In this document: one piece after another, positions 1 through 14,045 of the stretch | How positions within the stretch are numbered: position 1 is the stretch's first letter | Layout: each line of letters begins with the position of its first letter | DNA from: Marsupella aquatica | Lineage: Eukaryota; Plantae; Marchantiophyta | Length of the DNA stretch: 64,000 nt | Reading direction: 5' to 3' | Assembly: GCA_973895155.1 (NCBI GenBank) | Contig: OZ316893.1 | Location: forward strand, 24,293,520 to 24,357,519 | The notes under the pieces: generated by a model | The model's database searches: none | Told to the model about the DNA's origin: nothing | The model's input: the letters and a program-made list of their open reading frames with translations, nothing else | Translations under genes and position numbers: made by a program

Positions 1-10
1 TAAAAGAAAA

Positions 11-107
11 GGTAACTAAAATGGTTATGTCAAATAAAATTACCTTCTGTTTTACGGGAGGTAACTAAAAAGGTTATGTCAAATAAAATTACATTCTATT
101 TTATGCC
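11..107. repeat. Imperfect 49-bp tandem duplication
   Basis: GGTAACTAAAA(T/A)GGTTATGTCAAATAAAATTAC occurs at 11 and at 60. Confidence 0.8.
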
Positions 108-689
108 ATGATGCCCCTAAATTTTACCTAGAACTTGCCACAAACACGAAAAGAGGAGTTATTTTAATTTGGAAACAAATCTGTTTTTGTTTGCAGCACG
201 CCATGATGATGTGACACGCTATGGAGTCTCAAATTTTGGAATGGACCTCCAATGGAATCCGTAACAAGATGGAATTGAAATGAGAGGCTGTTTTCATAGT
301 TCTATCATAATAACACCAAAAGAAGGCCTTAAACCCTAGTAGCGATGAGCGAGAAAGACAGGCTTGTGATGTACAGGCTTACCTTACATATAAATTAATC
401 AATCCAGTTTTACATGCATTAATTAATTTTATAATTCAAATAAACCCTAAATTAGGGGGTCCACCAACCAATTGGACTTGTGATTTGCTTAGAAAACCAA
501 CCAAGTACAGGTCTCAATAAATGAGCCTGGAGCAAGTAAGTTTCTCGTCCCCCACAAATGTTTGCATCTCCAGTGCTCGTCCAAAATGAATGAGCCCAGT
601 ACGTGCTACTCAATACCGGTAATAAAGGAGGACATTGCATTTAGCAGCCCCCATCATGTATTCTGAAATTCTCAGGTTTATTGAGGGGA

Positions 690-830
690 AATCCAAGTAC
701 ACACGAAATGATTTGCAAGTCCATTGAGGGGAAACTCAAATACGCACTGAATGATTTGCAGTCCAAGCACACACGAAATGATTTGCAAGGCCATTGAGAG
801 GAAACTCAAATACGCACTGAATGATTTGCA
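690..830. repeat. About 70-bp tandem duplication
   Basis: TCCAAG(T/C)ACACACGAAATGATTTGCAAG(T/G)CCATTGAG(G/A)GGAAACTCAAATACGCACTGAATGATTTGCAG occurs twice. Confidence 0.85.
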
Positions 831-2501
831 GAAGGCCTAAGTGATGTCTGGACAGTACAGTACCGCAGCAGCAGTTTCGTCCCATCGACAGAATGATCTT
901 TCCAAGGGCATCGACAGAATGATCTTTCCAAGATCGAGGCTGTTCTGTGCTAATTGAGGTACCTTGGGCAGCTGCCGATTGAATTCTCGATTCTGAACTG
1001 GACTGCCAGAGAGAGAGAGATATCTTACAACAAGACCTTTTTGCAATTGAATTCTTCAATCTGGACGGAAGCAGACATCGTTAGAAGAGGAGAAGTTTTT
1101 TGTTTTTGTTTTGTTGCCTTGAACCGAAAGACGATACACCCGGGAGTAGACGATCATCTTGAAGGAGGCTTCTGCACGATAGCTAATTCAGCTGAGATTT
1201 GATTTCACAAGTGCTTCACTCCTGAAATTCTTGGCTCTTCAGTTCAGCAGCAGATAGACACATGATGAGGAGTTCTTGTCACAACGGACGGACTCTTCTT
1301 CTTGTAGGCTGCGCACGCTACGAAATTGGCAATTTGTGTTGTGGTCTGGGATACAATCAGTCGATGGAATGAAACCCACTGCTGAGTCAAGGTACGTACG
1401 CCGCGCTTCCTGTATGTTTACAGCTCGGACAAGGAGGAGCTTCTTCTCTCTGCTCTTGGGTGTTGTTGTGTTGTGAGTGAGTGAGTGAATGATCGACAGT
1501 CACGAGTCTGAGTTGCAGCAGTCCGGGGAGGCTGTAACAGCGATTGAAGCATAGATCACTTGGAATCCTCATCGGGAACCACGTATTAAAACTCTTTCAC
1601 ACACTTTCGTACCCCAACATTGGAACGGACGGCAATCAGCAGCAGCACGAGAAACCTTGAAGCGGAGTGTCATACAGAGCACACAGAGCACACAGAGCAG
1701 TCATTCTGCCGTTAGCAAGAAGAGAAGTCTGCTAAAGCCGGGAAGCCAAACGCGTTCGCGAAGTTGACCTGCGAGCTGAGTAATTAATGACTCATGACGC
1801 CGCGACGACAAGACAGTACAGTAGTGTCCTGCTCGTTTTTTTTTTGTCGTTTGACTTTTTGGGGCCGGCAAATTAAGTTCATGTATGCAAGATTTTGCTT
1901 CCTCTCAAGCCTCCGTCCGTCTGTCGCGCCTGAAGGACCTTCGATTCCATTGGAGCAAGACAAAAAATGGAATAGCGGGTCCTGGAGGAGAGCCGTGTTC
2001 CCAGGGGCCGACGACAGGCGAAATGGATCGGTCATCAAGCCCAGCAATGCCATCGCGCTTTATTCACGCTCGGTCATTTTTTGGCGATAGCAGCCCGGGT
2101 TTAGACAATTTGGGTCTTCAGGTTCGGTCGCTCTTGCTAGCAATCTGTGAGATCACTTCGACATCCATTACTCTAGAATGGATGTCGATTGGAGGAGCGG
2201 GAGTCTAGACAATTTGGGTCGTCCTAGTTCCCTCGGAACGAATTTGGCACGATGTGTGAAAGCGAGTTCATGGGCAGAGTTCCGATCTCAAAACGAGTTG
2301 AAATTGAATTGAACGAAGGTGATATCACTTGAAGAGACCTAGAAGATTAATTCTTAAAATGCCACTGTCAGGAACGGTCTCAGAATGATTTTGCGCGTAG
2401 CTGTCGGAGTACGAAGTTGTGTCGCGAATATTCTGGATTGAGCCCGATCTTGTTCTTTGTGTAGAGCAAGGTAGGTGGCGAAGGAAGATAGTGCAGTAGA
2501 G

Positions 2502-5500
2502 ATGACTCAAATGGCGAGTCCCCAAACTATGGAGTTCATCAACACCATGTTTCCAACGGGTATTTGATCTTGTCCAACTCTGTTAATCTTGTTGCAAACT
2601 CACTCTATCCTGTTCCTTTGCCAGTCATAGTAGGACGCAGCCTAGTGTTTGCATTCAGAATGTATTACTCTCAACTCGTGCAATTCTCCTTGCAAGCTCT
2701 ACACGTGCGCCTGACTCAGCTATAAAATTGTTTCATTCTGAATTCTCCAGAGGCATCGTTGGTGGGTGTTGAACCCCTGATGCACAAGCTAAAGAATGAA
2801 ATTCGACGTGTAGATTCGGAAGTTTTGACCGCCATTCGCCAGCAGGTGCTTAACGACGTTGGTTATGCTCGCTTGCTACTGTGCATTTTAGAGAGGCAGG
2901 AGTAGAATTCTATTATCGAAACTTTTATAACTGCACTAAGCAGAGGCAGCCAATCAGATTGCATTCTGAGTGCTTGAATGTTTTACTTACGAAATATTTT
3001 CTCTTTATCCGACGGTTCTAACTTTCATTGTTACGCAGAGCTCATCGGGTTCGAAAGCAAAAGAGGATCTTGCGGCAGCTATGCGTGCTATCCAGGTACA
3101 GACACTCATGGTAGACGAGATGCTTCCATGAGGCCTAGCTTTGCCTGTGTTGCTCTAATCTAGCACGAGATGGCAGCACTGTTTTGACCCTTCTTTGTGG
3201 ATGAGGCTGAATAAGGCTTTGCAGATTGAGTAGGCTCGCATTCGAATTCTGAGTATCTGATTTGCTTTTCGTTTTACATCAATTTCTGCGCAGGAACTGT
3301 CCCAAAAAATTAAACAGATCAAAAGTAAGGCAGAACAGAGTGAAGTAATGGTACAAGAAATATGCCGAGACATAAAAAAGTTGGACTTCGCAAAAAAGCA
3401 TATCACCACCACTATAACTGCCCTACATCGACTTGCAATGTTAGGTACATGCCTACTGTATTTCCTTTTCTTCAGAAACGCAATGGAGAAGTATCTTTGA
3501 GAATTGAAAATCACAAGGTTATCTCCCGAATGGCTTTTTGGTGTAATATTTAAGGTTTTCGTGGTTTGCAGTGTCAGCTGTGGAACAGTTGCAAGGCATG
3601 GCTGCAAAACGTCAATATAAAGAAGCTGCTGGGCAGCTTGAGGTAGCGCTCTCGTGAAAGCGGCCATTATATTAAGCTACTGTTTGAAGCTGATGCACGT
3701 TTTCTATGCGGAAACTACACGAGGCTTGAACTGGTTGTATTTTGAGTCTACTACATTGCTGACTTGAGCTTAAATGTCATACAGGCAGTGAATCAACTTT
3801 GTAGTCATTTTGAAGCATACAGTGATATTGCCAAAATCAGTGAGTTGAGGGAAAAGTTTAAGTCTATCAAGCAAACTCTGAAGTCACATGTCTTCTCCGA
3901 CTTTTCAAGGTGTGAGGGACACCCTTTTGTCCCAGGAGTGTAAACAGCACTGGGTGCCTGACTTACATGAATGGATTTCAAGTAGGAACATTCATTGATT
4001 GAATTTTGTGCGATATCCTGCATCTTATCTTCTACGCTTTGACCTGTGTTAGTATCGTCGTGAATCAAAAGAACTCCCGTAAAGCTCTTTGAAACAACAT
4101 CTAAATGCTAATCGCTACTGCAAGCTTTCTCATGGCTGATTAATTTTGGTTTGAATGTACTTCCATGTTATGTTGATATTCAAGATGACGTTGAATTTTG
4201 TAAGAACTTTTATCAAACGCCTGCTGTAGCTGTCATTTGCAAACAACGAACTACGTGGATGCGTTCGGAAAATGCCAGCTTAATCCATTTTAGTATGATA
4301 TGTTCATTCCCCTGAAATATTGATTTCTGCACTGGAGTCTCCAAAATTTATGGAACGATTTACGCATGGCTTTACTTGAATAGAGCTGTCTTCTATATAT
4401 CCATGGAATTACCTCCTTTTAACAGATGGGCGATTCATTCAACTATTTCTTTCATGCAGTTTGGGGGCAGCAGGATTGAAGGATGATGGTCAACAAATGC
4501 AACAATTAGCAGATGCGTGCTTGGTAGTGGACTCTCTAGATGAGTCTGTACGTGAGGAGCTGGTCCGAAATATATGTAGCAAAGAGTTGACGGCATATCA
4601 ACAAATTTTTCAGGGGACAGGTTTGAGACAAATAGTCTACTGCCGAAGATGATCAAGCTCGATTCTTTGTAGCATCCTAACTCGTGATGATCATCTCCTA
4701 TGAAGTTCTAGTGCTAGAAAGCTTGATAATGATTTTGCCATTTGAGATGTGCTTGCCGTTGAGAGTTAAATTTAGAAAGGATGACTTGCTGATGGGTTTG
4801 CTTGAAAATAAGACGATACTCAGCAGCATCCATCATCTGATGTTGATTCTTGTAGAGGTTTCAAGGCTAGACAAAGCAGAGCGGCGCTATGCATGGATCA
4901 AGAGGCAATTGCGAGCCAATGAAGAAGTCTGGCAGATGTTTCCGCCGGCGTGGAAGGTTCCATACTTGCTGTGCATGCAATTTTGCAAAGTTACAAGGTA
5001 GGAAATAGTTTATCTCATTTTCATGATATTTCTTGTCAGTTTGAACGCGTTTGAATAAACATCCCATATGTTCTGTGGAGCTTGAGGTCAGGTAGTGATT
5101 TCACCTGAATTAACTTCGGAGAGTGGTAATATTGCCGGGATGAATGAGCAGAGTCAAATGAGAAGGAATTGGACACAAATAGTATGTGGCCCGGACATAT
5201 GTCAGAGGAATGCATAGAAACAATCTTGCAGGACCTTCTTGTTGTGATCTCGTTCACCAATGGGAGTGGTTTGGGAGTGTTAGGGCGCAGCTTATGGAGA
5301 TTCTTGACACTGCAATGCCTAAGCCAGACGTTGCCACACTGCTTCAGGTTAAGGATCTCTTGCCTGCCCAGTGCTATGCATATGTGGCCGTTGTGCAATC
5401 ATTGAAATTTAAACCGGGGAAAACATGCTTTCTATGGCAAGTGATTTACCGAGACTTATTGGAGACTGGACAGTGAGTGAATGGAAGAATTCAGTCCGTT

Positions 5501-8500
5501 CATGTACCTTTTTTCTGGGCGCAGAGTCATTAAACAGGGTATTCATTTACGAAGTGATAGAAATACAAAACAGAAAACATATCTGTATTAGGTTGTGACC
5601 TAAGGAACAGAGCAGAATACTAATTAGCAATAGTAAACAGGTCTTGTGGAACTTCTGGATCCCTAGTTCTAATTCTTGACACGTCTCAGAAATTCGGTTA
5701 AGTTCTGCATCGCCCATTTTGCTCTTGATGGGCGCCTTAGTATTATTGCTAATTCATCTGCGGTCCACTATGCCCTCTCTGAACGGAATTGCGATGGCGG
5801 TGGCTGCATAATGGCCCAAGAGTTTTAGTCCATCTTGAAATGCATTCTGAACGACCTTGTAAATCATGAGCTTATTGCGTGGGATGCTGTTTTTTTTCAC
5901 AGGCGTTGCAAAGGACACTTGAATTTGAGCAAGAACTTGCTGAACGCTTTGGTGAGAGTGGCAATGCCGGTAACGCCGATGAAGGAAGCGATGAAGATAC
6001 TGAAGGGGTTGGAGGAGATGGAGAATTAACAGCATCAGCAATCAGAAAGAAGTATCAGAAGCAGCTTGCACAAAAGCAGGTTAGAACTATCCTGTTGGAG
6101 GACTAGATTTCAATAGGCGGTCTCCTTTTCATGTATTTAAGGAAGCACAACGTGCAAAGTTCCTGCGTAAATTGTCTTCTGGGATGGTTGGCACAAACTC
6201 TTTTTCAGATTCTCCACCATTTTCCATGGTGTACTCGAAGGTTTCTTTGCTCATCACTACATGAAAGGCTGCACATGTCTTTCAAAATGTCTTCATTCTT
6301 GTTAGGCTTGTCTTGATATTCTCTTCTTAGTATCTACTAAAAAGAACTGTATTCTGTTTTACACGTTAAACCTGTCCAAGACAGATGTGATCTCCCCAAG
6401 CAAGCCTTGTGTGTCCTGCCAATGAACATGATTTCTGGCTACGAAAGGGCTATTTGATGGTCACGGGTTGCTGCCTGTGCACGATAAAGATCACATAAAT
6501 CAGAAATTGTCGAAGGCTTTGAAGCTGTAATCATTGAATTTGTCGTTCGTATCAATGTGACTTATCTACTGGTGCCTGCTATAATAACCTGTTGTAAATT
6601 ACTGGGCTGGGTGGTGGCAGCATGAGGGAGACACTCAGAAGCAAGTTGCGCTCAATGCGGGAAATGCTGTAAGTAAATTGTGTCGTTGATGCCTTATTTC
6701 CACCTTTCCAACGTCCTCCTTATGTGTGGCATACAGTTCGTGACTAAAATCTCAACGCATATATAAATTTCCCCCAATTTATAGCCCAGTCGAGCTTGAA
6801 CGACTTTGGAGGGCTTTCCTCCGGAGAAGTGCCTCGTGTAATTTTCCCAGGCTTTTATTTTATGCACTGTTGGACAGTATGATTTGCGGAAGTTCGGACG
6901 TACAATTTGAGAATTCTGGTCGTCATTTTAATAGCTCTGCACGACTGCAGGCAGCTATAGCTAGTTTCAGCTTCAAAGGCACGATATCATCTTGTTTTGA
7001 GCCCCACCTTGGTCCCTACGTGGAGCTGGAGGAGAAGACTCTTATGGAAACCTTAGAGAAACTCATTCAGGTATGCTGTTGAAATTTCTTTTTTGTCCTA
7101 CTAGTCTGCAACTCACCAGGTGCATTGCACTAGTGCTGTGTTAATTGTACATATTGCTTGCTGACCAGACATTCCTTCCTTCGTCTGATGTACGAGCTCC
7201 ATATGCATGTTATGCAGGAGGAGACTTGGGAGGTCGAGGAAGGCAGTCAGACGAACATCCTGAGCAGCAGCACACAGGTCAGATACGCTATTGGCTTTTC
7301 TTCTATTGTGGGAGGAAATGTGCTGTACGGGGGCTTCCTTCGGGTGCAGGTGCTGAAATGGTTTCTAATATCAGGGAAAGCGGAAATATTCAACATAGAA
7401 AGGGTTGATCAAGTCAGCCGCATTCTGCAATTCTGTTGCAATTTGAAGTTTGGTCAAATACACATATCGTATCAGTTGCTAGTGTTTCTTGCCAGTCAAG
7501 CTGTTGTACATCCCGCAACTTTGAAGCTCAGGTGGGGTTTCTTTTGGGGAACAGGTTTTCTTCGTTATAAAGAGGAGTTTGAAACGTTGCAGTGCCCTGA
7601 CAAGGAACACAACACTTTTTAATCTTTATAAGGTACTGTCTTTTTCAGTGCTGTCATGAGCACGCCAAGCTTTGGTGGAACTGGGTTATTGCTTACGTTT
7701 CAATCCACCTGTGTTCTTTACTTAGAATTGACTTAATGTTTGGACTAGACTTTCTCAGCAGGTTTCTTGGTTAGCCTTGAATCAGGAAATTTTCATTCTT
7801 GTGATAATCATTTGGTTTATCAGGAGGGTCCGGAAGCTGTTAATGGAGTCGAAAATTTTGGCTTGGATGACAATGTATTATTGTTGCCAAATGCTTTTGT
7901 AAATAGTATGAAGGCCTGGACGTCGTCTGACAATGTCATCGTTTGAACTTGTCATACTCTTTGCAGGTTTTCCAGCGGATCCTCAATGCTTATGCTGGAA
8001 AACTTAGTGCCCGGCTCCCAAGAGGTGGAACAGGACTTGTGGCATCTGCAACGGGTACTGAAGGACAAGTGAAGGTATATTACTGGTTGGGATTTACCAT
8101 GGGTGTCCCTCAAAAGCTTTGTAATGTAAAGTTGAAGGGAATTCCTAGGGGCATGTTTTTGTTCGATCGATCAAATGTGCATTTCCGTCGTAAGTAATTT
8201 TGAATATGAACTCCAATAATGTTAAGCATTAGCATGTTACAACTAGAAATTGTATGTCTATCATCTACCTGTATTCCTAATTTGAGTTACTTAAGTCCAC
8301 TCAGTGCTTATAGTGCCATATTGGTCAATAATAGAAGTAATCACCCTCCATCTTCCCAAAGGTTGGTGATCTTGTGACATATTCTTTCATTCCGATAGTC
8401 TCCAACGAGCCTTATTTCGTGGACAGTCATATTTCAGTTCAACAAATTGAGGGACCATCAGGAGCCAATGAAGAACTTCGACTTGCAATTACAACGCGCA

Positions 8501-11500
8501 TTTGAATCCCTTACTCTGGACTCTTGCTACTTTCACATTGTCTACCTCAGTGATTTTGTATAGAACCTTGTGACGAATGTGGGCTTGTGCCCTCCGCCAC
8601 TTTTACTACGTCCGCCTCCTCTGGCTCGTCTAGCTCACCAGGGTTATCTGTACCTCTTGTTGCCGATGGGCCAGTACAGTTACATTATAAGAGGTTCTTC
8701 AGCGTCTTTGGTAAACATTACACACTCTCAATACTTTGGTTTTCCTCGACACCAAGATCTATCGCAGATAATTTGTCGAAATCTTAACTTGACTAGAACT
8801 GTCTGCATCTCGATAGATTGATACTTTTCGTCTCACTAGTCTAGATACGTAACCAAATACTCCAATAAAGGAAGTGGGGGCGAGAAACTCGTTTCAATCA
8901 CATGAACTGACAGGTGACTGATTAGAATCCCTTGTCGTAGTTGTCGCTTGACACTCCATAGTCTCATCAGGATAGGATAGACTTTGGAACTAATTTTGAG
9001 GTAACGATTTGAGACCTCCAAAATGAAGTAGGACCCATGTGCGGGACAAGGATCAGTCACCAGACTCGCCCATGAAGTGTCAGCAATCAACCTGTGTTCA
9101 ATTGTTCCTGGCAGGTGACCGATAGAGACGAAAGAGTAATTTGCTTTATTGTAAACACTGCGGAGTACTGCCATGAGACGGTACGTTTGTGATCGAGCGA
9201 GCATTAATCTTTAAGTGCCTTATCTGTTCCTGTTCCTGTTCGTGTTCCTGTTAGTAATTGCTCTCTTCTCTTTAAAGGCAGGGCAGTTAGCAGAGAACAT
9301 TGCAAAGATCATCGACACCCAATTCGCTGAGAGTATAGAGATGTCAGACGAGCAGGTAGTGTGCCCTCCACGTTGCCAGTTTTTCCCTAATGTCTTGGAA
9401 ACTTGTTGTAGAAGTTGATGGATATTAATCTTTTGTTGTGACTAATCCGTAGAAATGTCAATCTGAGATGTTTACAGTCGACGGTCAATTCTCGATGACG
9501 GAAAATTGCTCGTTTTTGAGTCGCCAGGATGAGTTTTCTGGAGTGATTACAAAAGCGTTGTCAACCTTGGTCTTGGGTCTGGAGAATAAACTGGAGGCGG
9601 AGCTTGCAAATATGGCCAGGATGTCATGGTCCACTCTGGAGGGAGTTGGGGACCAGTCTGAGTAAGATATTCATCCCCAAAGTAGATTATTTACTAAGAT
9701 GGGGGCATATGTACTTGAGTACCATGCCCAATGTGATAAGATTGTGTCGTTTTCATCCTGGTATCGATGAATTAACAGCTGAGTTCAAGAGATAGCCCGT
9801 GTTTTGTACGATATTGTGTCACTTTTAGGGCAAATTTTCATGCAGTGGTCAAATTACGTGCAGTTATGTCAACGGGATCAGTGCCATACTCTCAAGCAGT
9901 GTTCCCACCATTTCTGGCCTCCTATCCAAGCTTTATGTTCAATTCTTTATGGATAAGGTACGTGGAATCTGGTTCGATAGGGTAAGGAGGACAAGCTTGT
10001 GAAATTTGTACTCGCTCTAAAATTGTCGCCTATGACAGACTCTAGAGTACTTATGGTTTTGTACGAAGTTACGTCCAGGAAGGGGACACTGATGTTCTGA
10101 GTCCTTTGATGAATGCAGTTAGCGGCATCATTTGCCCCACGGTTTTACTTCAATATTTTTAAGTGCAAGCGCATCTCAGAGACTGGTGCTCAACAGGTGA
10201 ATTGTCAAGTTTTGATTTGAAGGTCTCCTCGCGTCTTTGGATTCTCGTGCAACTTTGTTTGCATAGTATTTGTGGCAAATTATCGCGCGCAGTGTTGTTA
10301 GGATGCATCCTTTGCAAAAGCACTTAAATTGAAGATTATTTGTTAAATCCCTGCTTATTCTGAGATGTTCACTGGTTCATTGCAGATGCTCCTAGACACA
10401 CATGCAATCAAGACCGTTCTATTAGAAGTCCCTGCTCTTTGCGGACAGGTACTTGCTTCCATATTCCAAACTCATTTGCTCTTGCCATCAACCAGAGACG
10501 TCGTTTTGTTTGCACTGATTGTGTTATGAGATCTCACATATTGCCAAATGGGAAACTCCAAATAAGAAAATTTCAATTAAATTTAGTCACTGACACTGAG
10601 AACATTTCTCTTAGAAGCTGGTTGAATATTGACGGAGTTTTATGTGAAGTAAGCCATTGAAATATGTTCGTTTGTCCTTAAGGTTACGTGTTCACGAGGT
10701 CGAAGTGCACCATTTAAGTTTGTATGTGTCGTATTATTATGGACTTATTGTGTGTTCGTACTTTCTGTGCATGTCAGACGCCATCTCCTGCAAGCTATAC
10801 TAAATACGTCACGCGTGAGATGGGTAAAGCAGAAGCTCTTTTGAAGGTGATTCCTGTCAGTCATTTCCTTGTAACTTCCTATACAAGGATTTTGTCAAGC
10901 GGATCCTTTTGTTCCTTTAGTACGTGTTTGGCGGAAGTTTCGGTGACAGTCATTTCTTTGTTGTGCTTTATGTAGGTTATCTTATCTCCGATGGAGGCGA
11001 TAGCAGACACATATCGAGCCCTACTCCCAGAAGGAACTGCGGCTGATTTCCAGCGAATTCTTGATTTGAAGGTACTGCCTTTCACAATCCAGGACAAGGA
11101 ATCAGAAAATTTCCTATAATTTTCATTGCTCTGGATCACGGAGTTTCTTGTTGACCTCCAGATCTCCCCGTGTCTCACCTCGAACTAATGGTCCCCACCC
11201 ATAGACCAGATGCTTACCTGCTTCCCATATTCGAAGGATGTAGGAGCTATTTTGAGGCTGGCCCTTTAAAATCTGGTGAAATTGAAGTGCTGGTCTTGAA
11301 TCCATCTATCGGTGGATTTGATCTTTGGTAGTCATTTGCTGTAATAAGTGGTACAAATAATTTGAGCATTCTGATGAAAGCTGACTCTTGTTGGCAGGGT
11401 GTTAGACGAAATGATCAACAACCTTTGGTGGATTTATTGAGCAAGCGGGGTCAGGGTAGTGTGCCACCAAGCCCGTCTGCCTTTATAAATTCATCTTTAG

Positions 11501-11712
11501 CCACAACCAATCCGTTAATGCACTCTTCCAGTCACGATGTTAGGGAAGCAATGATGGCCCGAGCAGCGGCATTAGGAAGGGGAGCTATGGCTCAAACTGC
11601 AGCAGCAGCTGTTGTATCCAGTACTGGTCTGAAGCGAATTTTTGCTTTGGCAGAGCAGGCTAAAGAGGGAGCTGCAAAGAAAGATGGGTTTCGGAGGCTA
11701 TTCAATAATTGA
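2502..11712 (+). CDS. VPS53: Vacuolar protein sorting 53 (GARP/EARP complex subunit; HIT1 homologue), about 24 exons
   Basis: Spliced exons translate to [136 protein letters not shown] and [17 protein letters not shown], all matching plant VPS53. Intron boundaries are GT-AG (e.g. exons 2502-2559, 2751-2845, 3039-3095, last exon 11399-11712). The start could be the ATG at 2502, 2511 or 2529. Confidence 0.95.
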
Positions 11713-12574
11713 AAAGGGTCCGGTTAATTTTGCACTTTCTTTCATTTCTCGTCCTGCCAGGTTTTGGTCTGGTCTAAACTGATGATAAAGCCAATTCTCC
11801 CATTTTCTTGTATATGTATGTGCTGCCCACACTGCAATTCCTAGTCGAAAGCGGCCCCAAAACTTGTACAGCTTTTGCACAGACTTATTCATGGCTTGTG
11901 TTGCCATTCGATCATAAATCCAGCTAAACCCCTGGGTACTGGGAGTTTCTTCCCGCCAATGGTAGTAACTAGTTACTATCCTGTGCCCATCATATGCCTT
12001 AGGACCATGGAGAGTCCCTTGATTGACAGAGCTTAGCTCAGTGACGCAGCAGATAAGAGACACAGCATCTGATTCAGAACGGGGCTGGAGTCATCATAGC
12101 CTGGCATCACCGATTGTGAGCCAATGAACATCATTCACAACGTTCTGACATGTTTAGTACATCACTTTTACTCACCGAGTTGTGTTTTTGGAGGAGCACA
12201 ATGTAATAAATAGTCACTGCCTTCTTGCTTGGTGTAAAGTGTATGGCCTTTGTTCTTGAGCATTGTGTGGATCTAGTCTTGTGCAGATGGTAAACTTAAA
12301 ACGATGTGTCAAGTTGATTTCGACAAGCAGTGACGTTGGGATTGTTGTATGCATCATCATAACACTGGAATATGCAATCTTGCTCTCTATTTCCTTTTTC
12401 GTTTTCATGATCTTTACAAAATGTCATTCTGGCAGGAAATATCCCTGGCCACTCCATTATGGTGACATTGTTTTTGAAACCACGAGATGGATCCCGAGGT
12501 GCCACTTTTTCCTAACCAAGAGATGGACCTAGAGGTGCAACTGTGATCCTTTGCCATGCCACAACTGCCACTCC

Positions 12575-12920
12575 CCCCCAAGCTTTGCACACTCGTTGAA
12601 AGAGGTGCCAAATCTGTCACTCTCCCTGCAAGCTTGCACACTACTTGCCCCTAAGCTTGCACACTACTTGAACGAGAGTGCAAGCTACTTTCCCCTATTT
12701 ACAAATTTGTAAGAATATTCTAAGCATCTCTAAGCATCTTGGTCTGTCACTCTACTTCAAGCTTGCACACTACTTGAAAGAGAGAGATTGCAAACTACTT
12801 TTCCGTTATTTACAATTTTGTCATGTGAAGAGATAAAGGAGAACAATATTCACTCTTGACACCAGATGCTTACAATGTTCTTAAATCTTACATGACAAAA
12901 TTGTAAGTAGAGTGACAGTA
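12575..12920. repeat. Complex cluster of direct and inverted repeats (probable TE relic)
   Basis: AAGCTTGCACACTACTTG occurs three times. CTGTCACTCTACT and TTACAATTTTGTCATGT reappear in reverse complement at about 12886-12917. Confidence 0.55.
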
Positions 12921-13094
12921 CATGTTCTTAAATGAAAAGGGTGTTGAGAACAATATTCTAGGAAAGTAATCCTTGGATGGCCCACTCCCATGAACCTTGC
13001 AACCCTGATGGACCAGTTATTGTTGAACAGAAACCTATATATTTTTTTAACAAAGGAGGAGTGCTATCTGAGGACAAAAAATGTTTAGTGTTAG

Positions 13095-14045
13095 TCTGTG
13101 GTTTGTGTCCATCCCAGCATTTTGTCAGATGTTTAGGTCTATGGGGGCTTTAGTTACAGACCCCCATTAGGGGTCCTTTCCAAAATTCCTAGCTTCACAG
13201 CGCGCCACATCATCATGGCATGCTCCAAACAGGAAGAGACCTGTTTTTGGATAAAATTAACTTCTGCATTCATGTTTGTGGCAACTTTGCTGTAAAAATT
13301 GGGACACCATGCCGTAAAAAAGAATGTAAAAAAATTGACATGCAAATCAAAAGACAAAAATAAAAACATAAAATAAATAATAAAAATATAAAATAATTTG
13401 GATATCAATTTTTGATTTGACATTGCTGAGTTAAATCAAAATGGAAACTCACGTATAATATGGTGTTGGAAAGATCTTGAAGAGACGGTCCTAATGAGCT
13501 CAGCATTGTCACCATTCGATAAAAATTGAGTAAGTAATTTGAAAAATAAATTTTACCCGTGATTTCGTAATCTCTAACGTGAATATAAATCTATGTTGTA
13601 CAATCCCTGAAATGTTGACCTGTTTGATGAGAATGAACCTCAAATTGACAGACTTTATCAAGTACTAATGAGATTATGAATTTATAATTTCTTTAGTTTT
13701 TTAATGAACTTAATATTGACAGATTTAGTTGAGTTAACCAACGAGCACCTTCTTGCTAAAGTGGGCAATTAAGTTACCCACACATTAAACAATATGATTT
13801 TAAGATTGATATTAATTATGGTTGCCTTGATAAGTTTGGCAACTGTTTCAAGTGTCAAACATTGACTTGTCCATTTTTGAATTTTTTTTCTTTAGATTTG
13901 GAGGTCCATCTAGGCTTCAGCTTTTAGATAACAGCCTCTAAAATAACATGGGGGTCCACGGATTAATTTAGATATTCTAGCCTTATGTTACTTTATGAAA
14001 TGAGAAATGACTTAGAGGTCTTGTGACAACTGGGATGGTACTCCG
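13095..14045. mobile_element. AT-rich degenerate DNA-transposon-like relic
   Basis: The motif GTCCATCCCAG at about 13107 has an approximate reverse complement (CTGGGATGGTAC) at about 14030. Related motifs recur at about 33563 and 34687. No transposase ORF is present. Confidence 0.35.

Noticed and set aside
954-1202. LRR-like fragment (GQLPIEFSIL..EISYNK)
   Set aside because: It is a single weak motif with an upstream stop and no further repeats.
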